From Nitrospirales bacterium (GTDB lineage Bacteria; Nitrospirota; Nitrospiria; Nitrospirales; UBA8639): a stretch of DNA of 64,000 nucleotides. The stretch spans positions 3,264,001 through 3,328,000 of the forward strand of contig OY820905.2 of NCBI GenBank assembly GCA_963555755.3, written 5' to 3'. A model generated the notes under the pieces. The model searched no databases. It was not told the origin of the DNA and was given only the letters and a program-made list of their open reading frames with translations. Shown one piece after another: positions 19,895-28,702 of the stretch. The translations under genes were made by a program, and so were the position numbers. Each line of letters opens with the position of its first letter. Positions within the stretch are counted from its first letter, which is position 1.

Positions 19895-20906
19895 TATGCC
19901 TTCCCATTTAACTAAGGTTGCTTCAGTTTATTGAATCCCAAGGGTTTTGAGCTGCTGGTCAGGATTTTCAACAAACTCTGGAAGGTACTCATTGGAGTCT
20001 CACGGCGGTTATAGCGAAAGACAAACTCATCAAGATAGTGTTGCAGGTATTTTGAATCCACTCCATGGTGAATCCCGTTCAGCCAGGTCTGCAGATTGCC
20101 GAACGCTCTATGGATGTGTGGAGCGTGCTTCCCAGCACTTGCTGGGTCACCCTGGGTCCGTCTCAGGTGTTCGTATCCTGCCAAGGCTTTTGCCGAGTAT
20201 CCCTTCCAACCATCGGACTTGATCTTACTGCCCTCAGCGACATGGCTATTGAGGAATGCTTTGATCTCGTTCTCTCCAGCGTCTTGAAGAATCGCTAATC
20301 GTAAACGCCCTGCTTTCTCTCGAAAGTGATCCCCTTGTGTGTACGTGACAATTTCTACGGCTCCGGCTATTAACGTCTTGGTTTTCGCTTTCGCGACGCC
20401 ACGGCCCGTTTTGCCTTTTACCGGTCCACCGATATGGGTTTCATCGGCTTCAACTGTTCCTGCGAGCCGTTCACGGTTCTGTCGTACCATTCCTCGTCGC
20501 AATCTGTGGAGCAAATACCAGGCGCTATCCACCTTCTTGATACTGAGTTGACGCTGCAATTGCACAGCACTGATGCCAGGTGTGTGCGTGGAGACGAAAT
20601 AGGCAGCCCAAAACCAAAGCCGTAGCGGCAAGTGCGATCTATGCATCACTGTGCCGCTTAGCGGTGATGTCTGTCTATGACACGACGAACACTCAAACCG
20701 GAAATATTTTTTGAGCCACCAACCACCGCGATGACCGCAAGCTGGACACATAAACCCGTCTGGCCACCGAATCGCCCGCAAGTACTCGAAGCACGCTTCT
20801 TCGGTGTGGAACCTAACAGAAAAATCCAAGATATCAGCAGCATACCCTGTGTCCATAGTCCAGCAGACTAGTCTAGGGACTAACCTTAGTCAAATGGGAA
20901 GGCATA
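19895..20906 (-). mobile_element. IS1595-family insertion sequence, 1012 bp
   Basis: 25-bp TIR TATGCCTTCCCATTTAACTAAGGTT / AACCTTAGTCAAATGGGAAGGCATA (1 mismatch); 8-bp duplication ACGATTCA at 19887-19894 and 20907-20914. Confidence 0.95.
19912..20856 (-). CDS. IS1595-family transposase
   Basis: Zinc ribbon CPACG...CSSC; VEADETHIGG; SDGWKGY; YLDEFVFRYNRR. Confidence 0.93.
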   Translation of the reverse strand: MDTGYAADILDFSVRFHTEEACFEYLRAIRWPDGFMCPACGHRGGWWLKKYFRFECSSCHRQTSPLSGTVMHRSHLPLRLWFWAAYFVSTHTPGISAVQLQRQLSIKKVDSAWYLLHRLRRGMVRQNRERLAGTVEADETHIGGPVKGKTGRGVAKAKTKTLIAGAVEIVTYTQGDHFREKAGRLRLAILQDAGENEIKAFLNSHVAEGSKIKSDGWKGYSAKALAGYEHLRRTQGDPASAGKHAPHIHRAFGNLQTWLNGIHHGVDSKYLQHYLDEFVFRYNRRETPMSTFQSLLKILTSSSKPLGFNKLKQP

Positions 20907-22364
20907 ACGATTCAATTAAGGACACGACAAAGACGGCTACGACCACTGCGGGTATTTGCCGTATAAAATTCCCCATGGTGCCAGGCACAAAAAACAAAGG
21001 GAGAAACGCCACAATGTTGGTCAACACCGCAAAGATAATCGGGCTTGAAATTTCACGCGCCCCGGCAATGGCTGCTTGAAGAAATGGCAGGCCTTCTTCG
21101 CGTTTTTGATACACGATTTCTCCTGCCACCACCGCATCATCCACAATGATCCCCAGCGTGATGATAAAGGCAAACAGGGAAATCATGTTGATCGACGCGC
21201 CCGTCAAGGGGATAAACAAGAACGAACCGATGATGGAGGTCGGCAATCCAACCGTCACCCAAAAGGCGAGTTTGAGATCTAAAAATAAACCCAAGAGCAA
21301 CAAGACCAAGATCAATCCGATACCGGCATTCTTGAGCAATAATTGCATCCGATCACGATAGATTTCCGATTGATCATTCCATACAGCCAGACCGATACCT
21401 GCAGGCAACTCGGCCTGAAATTCATTAATGTAATCATGCACGTTATCAGAGACGGACTGTGGCGATTCATTTCCGGTATGGTAGACTTTGACCTGAAGGG
21501 CTCGTTGCCCGTTGTAGAAGGCTTCTTCGTCCGTGTCTTCGAAACCGTCCGTAATCGTGGCAATATCTTCCAGCCGAATGGTTGCGCCATCGGCGGTGGA
21601 CACAACGGGAATCTCCGCATATTCTCGCCCAAAATCGCGTCGCTCTTGGGTGCGAAGCAAGACTTCACCACTCGTGGTTTTGACCCCGCCGCCTGGCAAT
21701 TCAATGGCCGCTTCTCGAATTTCCTCTGCGATACGATCGAGTGTGAGGCCATACGCGCGAAGATGGCGTTGCGGCACTTCAATGGAAATCTCCCGCGGAC
21801 GGGCAACGCCTAATTCCACCAGGGTAATATTGGATCGCTGTAGTAAATCGTCACGAATGCGTTCGGCGACGTCCCGGAGGATCTGTTCCTCCTGATCGCC
21901 ATAGACCATAAGCGTCAAGACCTGATGACGCACTTCCACCAGACTGATAATGGGTTCTTCTGCTAGCTCGGGAAACGATTGAATGCTTTCGACTTCGTTG
22001 TTCACGTCCTGCAGAACGCTATTCGTATTGACTCCGTTCAGCAGCTCGATTTGGATTAACGCGCGGCCTTCGCTCGCGGTTGAGGTGACGGTTTTCACGC
22101 CATCCAGGCCGCGCACCGTGTCTTCAATGGACAGCACAATGCCTTGTTCGACTTCCTCAGGGCTGGCGCCGGGATAGGCCATGGACACTCGGATCACATC
22201 GACCTCGAATTGGGGAAACACTTCCTGTTTGACCTGTGTGCTGACGAGCAATCCGCCCAGAATAAAAATGACCATCACGAGATTCGCCGCGACCGTATGG
22301 CGAGCCATCCAGGCAATGGGACCGGAAGGAATAGGATGTTGGTTGCCGGAGGTCATAAGTGGGC

Positions 22365-23648
22365 TTATTCGCTTGGGGATTTTGAAGAGGTCGATGGAGT
22401 GTCAGTGTCAGACGAAACGGGTTTTGGCAGAGAAGGCTTTTTAGCGGACTCGACTAATAGGCCGGGAATCGCCGCGGATAATTGACTCGTAATAATCTGA
22501 TCGCCTTCCTCAACGCCATGGCCTATGAGAACCGAGTCTTTTCGAGACAAGACGATCTCGACGGAACGAATTTCCAACTGATTGTTCGCATTTTTCACCC
22601 ACACACGGTTCCCTTCCCGAATGGTATTGCGAGGCAACACCACCACGTCATGGAGGAGAGGGCCTTCAATTTCGACCCGAACATATTCTCCCAATAACAG
22701 GGGACGGCGGTCAGCCTTGGCCGGTTCCAACTCAAGCGGATCAGGAATGGACACCAACACCTGGGCCATGCGACCGTTTGGTGTGACATCACCTAGAAGC
22801 TCTACCACTCTGCCGATTCGGACTACCGGTTCACCTTGACCAATTTCGCGAATGAGGTGGACGCGCGATCCAAGCCGTGTTCGTGAGCCAGGGCCAGGCC
22901 TCGGAATAGAAATCCATTTGAGTCGATGAATCGGAACACTCACCTGGGCTCGAAACTCATCAGTCCCCACGAGCGTGGCCATGGAACTTTGTGTGTTGAC
23001 CAATTGTCCCACTTCCACTGATTCGGATAGCACTAGGGAATTGAACGGAGCCCTCAGAATCGTCCGCTGTAAATCCAGCCGCGCTCTGGCCAGCCGGCTT
23101 TTGGCGGCTTTTAAGGCAATTTGTTTCTCTAGGAGGTGGGGCTGGCGAAGGGCTAATTGTTTACTCAGTTCACTGATTTCGCCGATCCTGGATTTTAACA
23201 ATTTCCATTCCCGTTGGGCCACCGCTTGGTTGCCAAGTTCGACTTTCAAATCAAATTCTGCCTTGGCCAATGAGGCTCGTTCTTCATCCACGGCAAATTG
23301 ATAATCGCGTGGATCGATTTGAAGCAACGCAACGCCCTTGGGAATGATCCCGCCTTTCACCAGATCGGGGTTTTGTTGAACCACAAGACCGCCGACCTCC
23401 GGTTGCACGGTGATTTGTTGATGAGCTTGAACCGTGCCAAATGCTGTGATCACCGCACGTTCGTCTTGCAGATGGGCCGTGAGCACTTCAACAAATGTGG
23501 CCGTATTCCCCCGTGACGTTTTTGGCACGCTGGGGCGACTGGCAATGAGTATCTGCGCACCAAGCACGGCGAGTATCAAAATTAGAATGGGTAGGACAAT
23601 TCGAAGAGCTTTGGATTTCTGCTCGGTCGAGAAGGAGGGTCCCTTCAT
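22365..23648 (-). CDS. RND efflux periplasmic adaptor (membrane fusion protein)
   Basis: N-terminal TM, PEVGG, LLQIDPRDY, RT.LRAPF; start ATG 23648 overlaps the outer-membrane-factor stop. Confidence 0.9.
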   Translation of the reverse strand: MKGPSFSTEQKSKALRIVLPILILILAVLGAQILIASRPSVPKTSRGNTATFVEVLTAHLQDERAVITAFGTVQAHQQITVQPEVGGLVVQQNPDLVKGGIIPKGVALLQIDPRDYQFAVDEERASLAKAEFDLKVELGNQAVAQREWKLLKSRIGEISELSKQLALRQPHLLEKQIALKAAKSRLARARLDLQRTILRAPFNSLVLSESVEVGQLVNTQSSMATLVGTDEFRAQVSVPIHRLKWISIPRPGPGSRTRLGSRVHLIREIGQGEPVVRIGRVVELLGDVTPNGRMAQVLVSIPDPLELEPAKADRRPLLLGEYVRVEIEGPLLHDVVVLPRNTIREGNRVWVKNANNQLEIRSVEIVLSRKDSVLIGHGVEEGDQIITSQLSAAIPGLLVESAKKPSLPKPVSSDTDTPSTSSKSPSE

Positions 23649-25102
23649 TGAAGCGTATCCTCCATCGCAATGTCTTGGGCGACGGGTTCCGGATTCCACC
23701 CCCCACCAATGGCTTTATAAACTTGGACCACTGCCACGAGTTGATCACGTTGGGTTTGGGCCAACGCAATCTCAGCATTAAATTGTTCCCGCTGTGCCAC
23801 TAAGACATCCAAATACCTCGCTTGGCCGTTGAGATATTCAAGTTGCGCAAGATGAAGCGCTTCCCGAGATACCTCAACCAGACGTTCTTCCGCCGATCGG
23901 ATCTCACGAGTTTTTTGATGAAGAATCAATGCGTCTTCTACTTCACGAAAGGCTTGTTGAATGGTTTGTTCGTAGGTAATAAGGGCCTGCTCCTGTTGGG
24001 CTTTGCTCACTTCCAGGTTCGCTCGATTTCGGCCGGCGTTAAAGATTGGCACGGTGATCGACGGGCCAAGAGCCCAAATGCGTGAGGATCCAATAAACAG
24101 ATCCGAGAATTCTAAACTTTGTGCGCCATAATTTCCTGTGAGACTGATCTGTGGGAAAAAGGCTGCTTTGGCCACCCCGATTTTGGCATTGGCAGCGACT
24201 AACTGTTGCTCGGCTTGTTGGATATCCGGACGTCGCTCAAGGAGCGCCGAAGGCAGCCCTGCGGGAACATTTGGAGGCAGGGTTTGATCACGCAAAGAAG
24301 ACCCGCGAACAATGGTTGTCGGATTCCGTCCGATGAGAATGCTGAGTTGATTTTCCTTCTGGCCTATTTGACGTTCGAGGTTAGGGATCACAGCCTGGGC
24401 GCGAGCCACTTCCTGATCCGCACGACGAATGTCCAGCGTCGAACTCTGCCCCATGAGCTTTCGCAACCGAATAATATCAACCGACTCCTGCCGGGTCTTG
24501 AGTGTGAGTTTGGCAATCTCAAGTTCTACATCCAACTCTTGAAGATCGAAATACGCCTGGGCCATATCACTGACGAGTGTCAGGACAACCGTTCGCTTCG
24601 CCCATTCTTGACCAAGCAACTCGGCTTGCGCCGCTTCCGTGGCTCGCCGAACCTTGCCCCATAAGTCAATTTCAAAGGAGAGGTCTACCGTGGCTTTGAA
24701 TTGATTCGTCGTAGGACCTTCACGATTCCCTCCTCCCTGGATACCGAATTGCCGAGCCACGGCCCCCGAGGTTTGGTTGCGTTGAAGACTCGTGTTGCCA
24801 TCAATCTGGGGAAACTGATCAGCCTGAGTCGCACCGAATTGGGCGCGAGCCTCTCGAACGCGTGAAATAGCCAAACGCAGATCCTTGTTTTCGATCAGGG
24901 CTGATCGAATGAGGGTCTTCAAATGAGCGTCCTGAAAGAGGTCCCACCATCCAAGGTCAGCTAAAGAAGCCTCATCAACCCGGGAGTCGACTTGTGCACG
25001 AAACGCTTGCGGATCGTCCACCACCGGACGTTCATAATCCGGCCCCAAGGCACACCCGGCCAATATACAAAGTGAGGCAATGATAAAAAGTAAACGATGC
25101 AT
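23645..25102 (-). CDS. Outer membrane efflux lipoprotein (NodT/OprM family)
   Basis: Lipobox LAGC; WW..F.D..L; N.DLR.A; LLERRPDI; YKAIGGGW. Confidence 0.92.
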   Translation of the reverse strand: MHRLLFIIASLCILAGCALGPDYERPVVDDPQAFRAQVDSRVDEASLADLGWWDLFQDAHLKTLIRSALIENKDLRLAISRVREARAQFGATQADQFPQIDGNTSLQRNQTSGAVARQFGIQGGGNREGPTTNQFKATVDLSFEIDLWGKVRRATEAAQAELLGQEWAKRTVVLTLVSDMAQAYFDLQELDVELEIAKLTLKTRQESVDIIRLRKLMGQSSTLDIRRADQEVARAQAVIPNLERQIGQKENQLSILIGRNPTTIVRGSSLRDQTLPPNVPAGLPSALLERRPDIQQAEQQLVAANAKIGVAKAAFFPQISLTGNYGAQSLEFSDLFIGSSRIWALGPSITVPIFNAGRNRANLEVSKAQQEQALITYEQTIQQAFREVEDALILHQKTREIRSAEERLVEVSREALHLAQLEYLNGQARYLDVLVAQREQFNAEIALAQTQRDQLVAVVQVYKAIGGGWNPEPVAQDIAMEDTLQ

Positions 25103-25537
25103 GAATTCCTTCCAGATTATACTCCAGAAACCTAGTCGATTGCCGACACTTGCACAAGGGGATAAGGCTCAGTAGGAAGCGGCCCCCTGCTTTGCTGCCA
25201 AGGAATTAAATGTGACGAGTGGGGTTCCATGCTTTTATGACGAATTACAACGGTAATTTGAACGGCAGAGAGAGTCGTGGCAGGACAGAATGCGTCGTTG
25301 GCCCTCAGGGTCGAATTGGCGGAACAGCGAGGGCAGTCGTTCAAAGAAATACCCTGGTGAGACAGTATCGTTTGACTCCCACTTTGGAAAAGGGGAGAGA
25401 GATGAGGGGAAATTTTTTAAAAGGCACCAACCCGTCACGCGAAAAGCTTTTTTTATTGACAAGGACCAAGGTGTCTGCTACGAATGTTATCAGGTGATAG
25501 AGTGGTCACTTCGCTAATGTTTAAAGCGTGGATTCCG

Positions 25538-25590
25538 GGACAATGGGCGTCCTTCCCCAACGGGTTTTGGGAAAGGGCGTTTTTTTTTGG
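25538..25590 (+). terminator. Leader terminator 1, overlapped by an ANTAR-like hairpin
   Basis: GGAC-AATGGGC-GTCC overlaps the stem CGTCCTTCCC.../GGGAAAGGGCG, which is followed by a T9 run. Confidence 0.55.
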
Positions 25591-25678
25591 CCAAATGTGC
25601 TGGGAGCCAAATGCTGAGCGAATATGTTTTCCGAGGAATCTTAAAGATTCCTTGCCTTATTGGTCGATAAGATATGTA

Positions 25679-25746
25679 GGCAAAGGCGCCAGTTCAACCA
25701 GGGAAAAAGTCCTTCTTTATTTTCTGGTCAACTCAGGTGCCTTTTG
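25679..25746 (+). promoter_or_regulatory. ANTAR-type hairpin with an overlapping terminator, upstream of the NifA-like gene
   Basis: GGC-AAAGGC-GCC (hexaloop with A1 and G4); its GGCGCC can instead pair with GGTGCC-TTTT at 25737-25746. Confidence 0.6.
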
Positions 25747-25769
25747 TGTTTCGAGAATAAAAAGACACG

Positions 25770-26906
25770 ATGATTTCTCATCCTGAAATGACTCAACCCG
25801 ATTTGCTTGAACAGGTCGTGAGGGCGTTGACCGCTTTGGGCTCTCCTGAACGGCGAATCGATCGGGCGTTGACGTTGTTGGGGCATGAGCCAGTTAAACC
25901 GTTGAAAGGAGCAAAAGCCCCCAAAGCCATGCCGGTCCTGATTGGTAAGAGTCCGGTCATGGAGGTGTTACATGCGGCGATTCAACGGATCGCGAATACG
26001 CCTGCGACCGTCTTGATTCGTGGAGAAAGTGGGACCGGCAAAGAACTCGTGGCGCGAAGCCTCCATGTCTCCAGTCGTCGTGCGGGCAACCCATTTGTCG
26101 TGGTGCATTGTGCTGCCGTTCCGGAGACTCTGATCGAAACGACCTTGTTTGGTCATGAACGGGGCGCCTTCACGGGCGCCCATCGACTGAAAAATGGTCG
26201 ATTAGAGCAGGCGGCCGGGGGAACGTTATTTCTGGATGAGGTGGGGGATATTCCCCTTTCCACGCAGGTCAAACTCCTTCGTGTGCTTCAGGAAAAGGAG
26301 TATGAACGGGTGGGGGGAAGTGAGACGCTGAATGTCGATGTTCGTGTCATCGCGGCCACGCACCGGAATCTTGAAGCCATGATGCAAAGCAGAGAGTTTC
26401 GGGAAGATTTGTACTATCGTCTCAATGTCGTCCCGTTGGTCTTACCGCCGTTGCGTGATCGCAAGGAAGATGTGCCGTTGCTCATCCGGCACTTTTTGGC
26501 CAAGTTTGATCAAGAACCTCGCCGGGGTTTCGAATTGGCTCAATCCATGGTGGATCTCCTGAAGGCCTATCATTGGCCGGGCAATATCCGGGAGCTGCAG
26601 AATTGTGTTGAACGGCTGGTGGTCCTGTCCGATTCACCCATCATCGATGTTGATTCCATTCCAGATTCGCTTACTTCGTATTTTGAACATATGCGGGCCG
26701 CTCGCGCTCTTCCAAAAACCAAGCTTCCCCACGCGTCTGCTCAGCAAACCCTTCCGGCCCGGTTGGATGCGATCGAACGTGAGCGTCTTCGTGAAGCGCT
26801 CACCAAAACCGGGTGGGTCAAAGCCAAAGCCGCCAGGTTGTTGGGGATGACCACTCGCCAGATTTCTTATCGAATACAAAAGTATCACCTCGTCGAAGAA
26901 TCCTGA
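25770..26906 (+). CDS. Sigma-54-dependent transcriptional activator, NifA-like, lacking a full sensory domain
   Basis: [39 protein letters not shown]-terminal [27 protein letters not shown] resembling NifA. Confidence 0.9.
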   Translation: MISHPEMTQPDLLEQVVRALTALGSPERRIDRALTLLGHEPVKPLKGAKAPKAMPVLIGKSPVMEVLHAAIQRIANTPATVLIRGESGTGKELVARSLHVSSRRAGNPFVVVHCAAVPETLIETTLFGHERGAFTGAHRLKNGRLEQAAGGTLFLDEVGDIPLSTQVKLLRVLQEKEYERVGGSETLNVDVRVIAATHRNLEAMMQSREFREDLYYRLNVVPLVLPPLRDRKEDVPLLIRHFLAKFDQEPRRGFELAQSMVDLLKAYHWPGNIRELQNCVERLVVLSDSPIIDVDSIPDSLTSYFEHMRAARALPKTKLPHASAQQTLPARLDAIERERLREALTKTGWVKAKAARLLGMTTRQISYRIQKYHLVEES

Positions 26907-26917
26907 CGCGCTTCAGC

Positions 26918-27344
26918 CTAGAAACGGCAGTTGGGCGCAAAAAAGCCGAGTAAGATATTGGGGTGCATGGTGAAATACAAAAAGTCGTGGTCACCTCGGT
27001 GGTGATGAGACGTTTTTGTATTTTGCCAGGTGCGCTAAGGGTCCGTCACGAAATAACCGGGACAATTGGGAGGCCCAGATTTGTGATCGGGGCAAGGCGG
27101 GACGAGGGAGCCTAGCGGGGCTATGTGACCGAGGAGCAACGCCGCCCCGGGCCAAAGATGGGCCTCCCCGGAGGGCCGGACGCTTTTGGGCTCCGCCGGC
27201 GTCGCTCATCGCTTCCATACTCCCGGTATGCGCGCTTTTCGCTCCTTGGCTCGCTCCAAAATCGTCTCGGCCAATTGTACTGGTTATTTCGTGACGGACC
27301 CTGAGAGCTTGCGCGGACTTTTGTGATCCAACTGCCGATTCTAG
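26918..27344. mobile_element. MITE family C (CTAG ends) containing nested element D
   Basis: Matches the uninterrupted copy at 45869-46028; ends CTAGAAACGGCAGTTGG / CCAACTGCCGATTCTAG. Confidence 0.85.
27039..27301. mobile_element. Nested MITE D, TIR GGGTCCGTCACGAAATAACC
   Basis: 20-bp perfect inverted ends flanked by TAA/TGA; absent from the empty copy near 45987. Confidence 0.85.
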
Positions 27345-27398
27345 GTTCAGGTCAGTTATTTTCTCACTGGTCCAACCTCCCTGAAAACCGAACAATTT

Positions 27399-27414
27399 TG
27401 TCGGGTTGTGAACA
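27399..27414 (+). promoter_or_regulatory. NifA-type upstream activator sequence TGT-N10-ACA
   Basis: TGT CGGGTTGTGA ACA, extendable to TTGT..ACAA, about 100 bp upstream of the -24/-12 promoter. Confidence 0.6.
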
Positions 27415-27506
27415 ATAGAGTGTGCCATGAACAAGATTGTCCGTTTTACCTAGGCATTTTCATCAATAATCGTTTGCATTGTTGGAGATTGGTAGGTGTT
27501 TAGTTT

Positions 27507-27522
27507 TGGCAGGGTCCTTGCA
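27507..27522 (+). promoter_or_regulatory. Sigma-54 (-24/-12) promoter of nirC-nirA
   Basis: TGGCAG-GGTCC-TTGCA with exact GG-N10-GC spacing. Confidence 0.75.
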
Positions 27523-27603
27523 GAAAGATAATTAATGAATACTTTGATTGGTGAATCTTAAGAGAAAATAACACGGCATTGAACAGGTCGTGATCATCGA
27601 GCC

Positions 27604-27750
27604 CCACAATGCAGTGGTCTTGAGCGGATTATAAGCCTGATACCCAAACAATAAGTTCATCCTCTTTGCGAAAAAGAGGTGATTGGCAAAGACGCCATCA
27701 TTCCCAAGGTGGACCAAGAACGGTCCCTGGAAAATGATGGCGTTTTTTTA
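27604..27750 (+). promoter_or_regulatory. Leader with two ANTAR-type hairpins and an intrinsic terminator
   Basis: CCAC-AATGCA-GTGG and GGC-AAAGAC-GCC (both loops A1/G4); the second overlaps ACGCCATCATT...AATGATGGCGT followed by a T-run. Confidence 0.7.
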
Positions 27751-27781
27751 TGAAAATTTTGAAGGAAAGGAGACAAATACA

Positions 27782-28702
27782 ATGTATATGGAAGATCTGA
27801 AGCGGATGGCAGAGGTTTCAAGAAAGAAGGCGGAATACTGTCTAAACGCCCCGGGTGGATATTTTTTGTTGTCCGCCCTGGCGGGAATCTATTTAGGGTT
27901 GGGCATTTGTTTAATTTTTAGCGTTGGGGCGCCTTTTGCAGCGGAAGGGTCAGCCGCGTTGAAATTAGTGATGGGTGTCTCTTTTGGGGTTGCCCTGACA
28001 TTGGTGATCTTCGCGGGATCGGAACTGTTTACCGGTAATAATATGGTGTGCACGATTGGCGCTCTGTCCCGGGCTATAACCTGGAAACATGTTGGTTGGA
28101 TTTTTGCGTGGTCCTTTATCGGAAACCTCGTTGGCTCGTTAGCCGTGGCGTGGTTGATTGTGCAATCCGGAGTCATGGCCAAAGCTCCGCAAATGGATTT
28201 GTTGATGAAGGTCGCGGCCATGAAAATGTCTGCCTCTGCGTGGGAACTGTTTATTCGCGGAATCTTGTGCAACCTACTCGTGTGCCTCGCTGTATGGATG
28301 GCGGCACGAACGAAAAATGAAGCCGCAAAAATCATGCTGATCTTCTGGTGCCTGTTTGCCTTTATCGGAAGCGGGTTTGAACACAGCATTGCCAACCAAT
28401 CGCTGTTGGGCATGGCATTGTTCCTGCCACATGGGGAGGCTATCTCCTGGGGTGGGTTTGCGTGGAACCAAGTCTTTGTGGGACTGGGCAATATTATTGG
28501 GGGTGCCCTGTTGGTCGGCGGTGCCTATTGGCTAAGCAGCCCGTATCGAGTCACGGATGCCTCCACTATTCAATCTGAGTCGGTAGTCCTTGACAATGAA
28601 TCGATCGGGCATCCGACAGAAGTCTTATCGGCAGTAAGTCCGGTTGTGCCGGTGAACGCGGGATTTGTGGCAGAACTGAACCATGAACGAGGCGTGCGAT
28701 GA
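27782..28702 (+). CDS. nirC: Formate/nitrite transporter (FNT) family nitrite channel
   Basis: LAGIYLG, GSELFTGN, GNLVG, GILCN.LVCLA, GFEHSIAN, GNIIGG; RBS AAGGAG; stop overlaps the nirA start. Confidence 0.88.
   Translation: MYMEDLKRMAEVSRKKAEYCLNAPGGYFLLSALAGIYLGLGICLIFSVGAPFAAEGSAALKLVMGVSFGVALTLVIFAGSELFTGNNMVCTIGALSRAITWKHVGWIFAWSFIGNLVGSLAVAWLIVQSGVMAKAPQMDLLMKVAAMKMSASAWELFIRGILCNLLVCLAVWMAARTKNEAAKIMLIFWCLFAFIGSGFEHSIANQSLLGMALFLPHGEAISWGGFAWNQVFVGLGNIIGGALLVGGAYWLSSPYRVTDASTIQSESVVLDNESIGHPTEVLSAVSPVVPVNAGFVAELNHERGVR

Larger units (their letters stand above)
18160..22356 (-). pseudogene. RND efflux permease (AcrB-like, about 1058 aa) interrupted by IS1595
   Basis: Removing the IS plus one 8-bp duplication restores the frame ...VSLIESLFVLPAHLSATKSASRFWHVMDAPRIW...; motifs GIIVDDAVV and RFRPIVLTSLTT. 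Confidence 0.92.

Noticed and set aside
25770..26906. Nitrogen fixation locus
   Set aside because: NifA-like regulator only, with no nifHDK; the adjacent genes are for nitrite assimilation.
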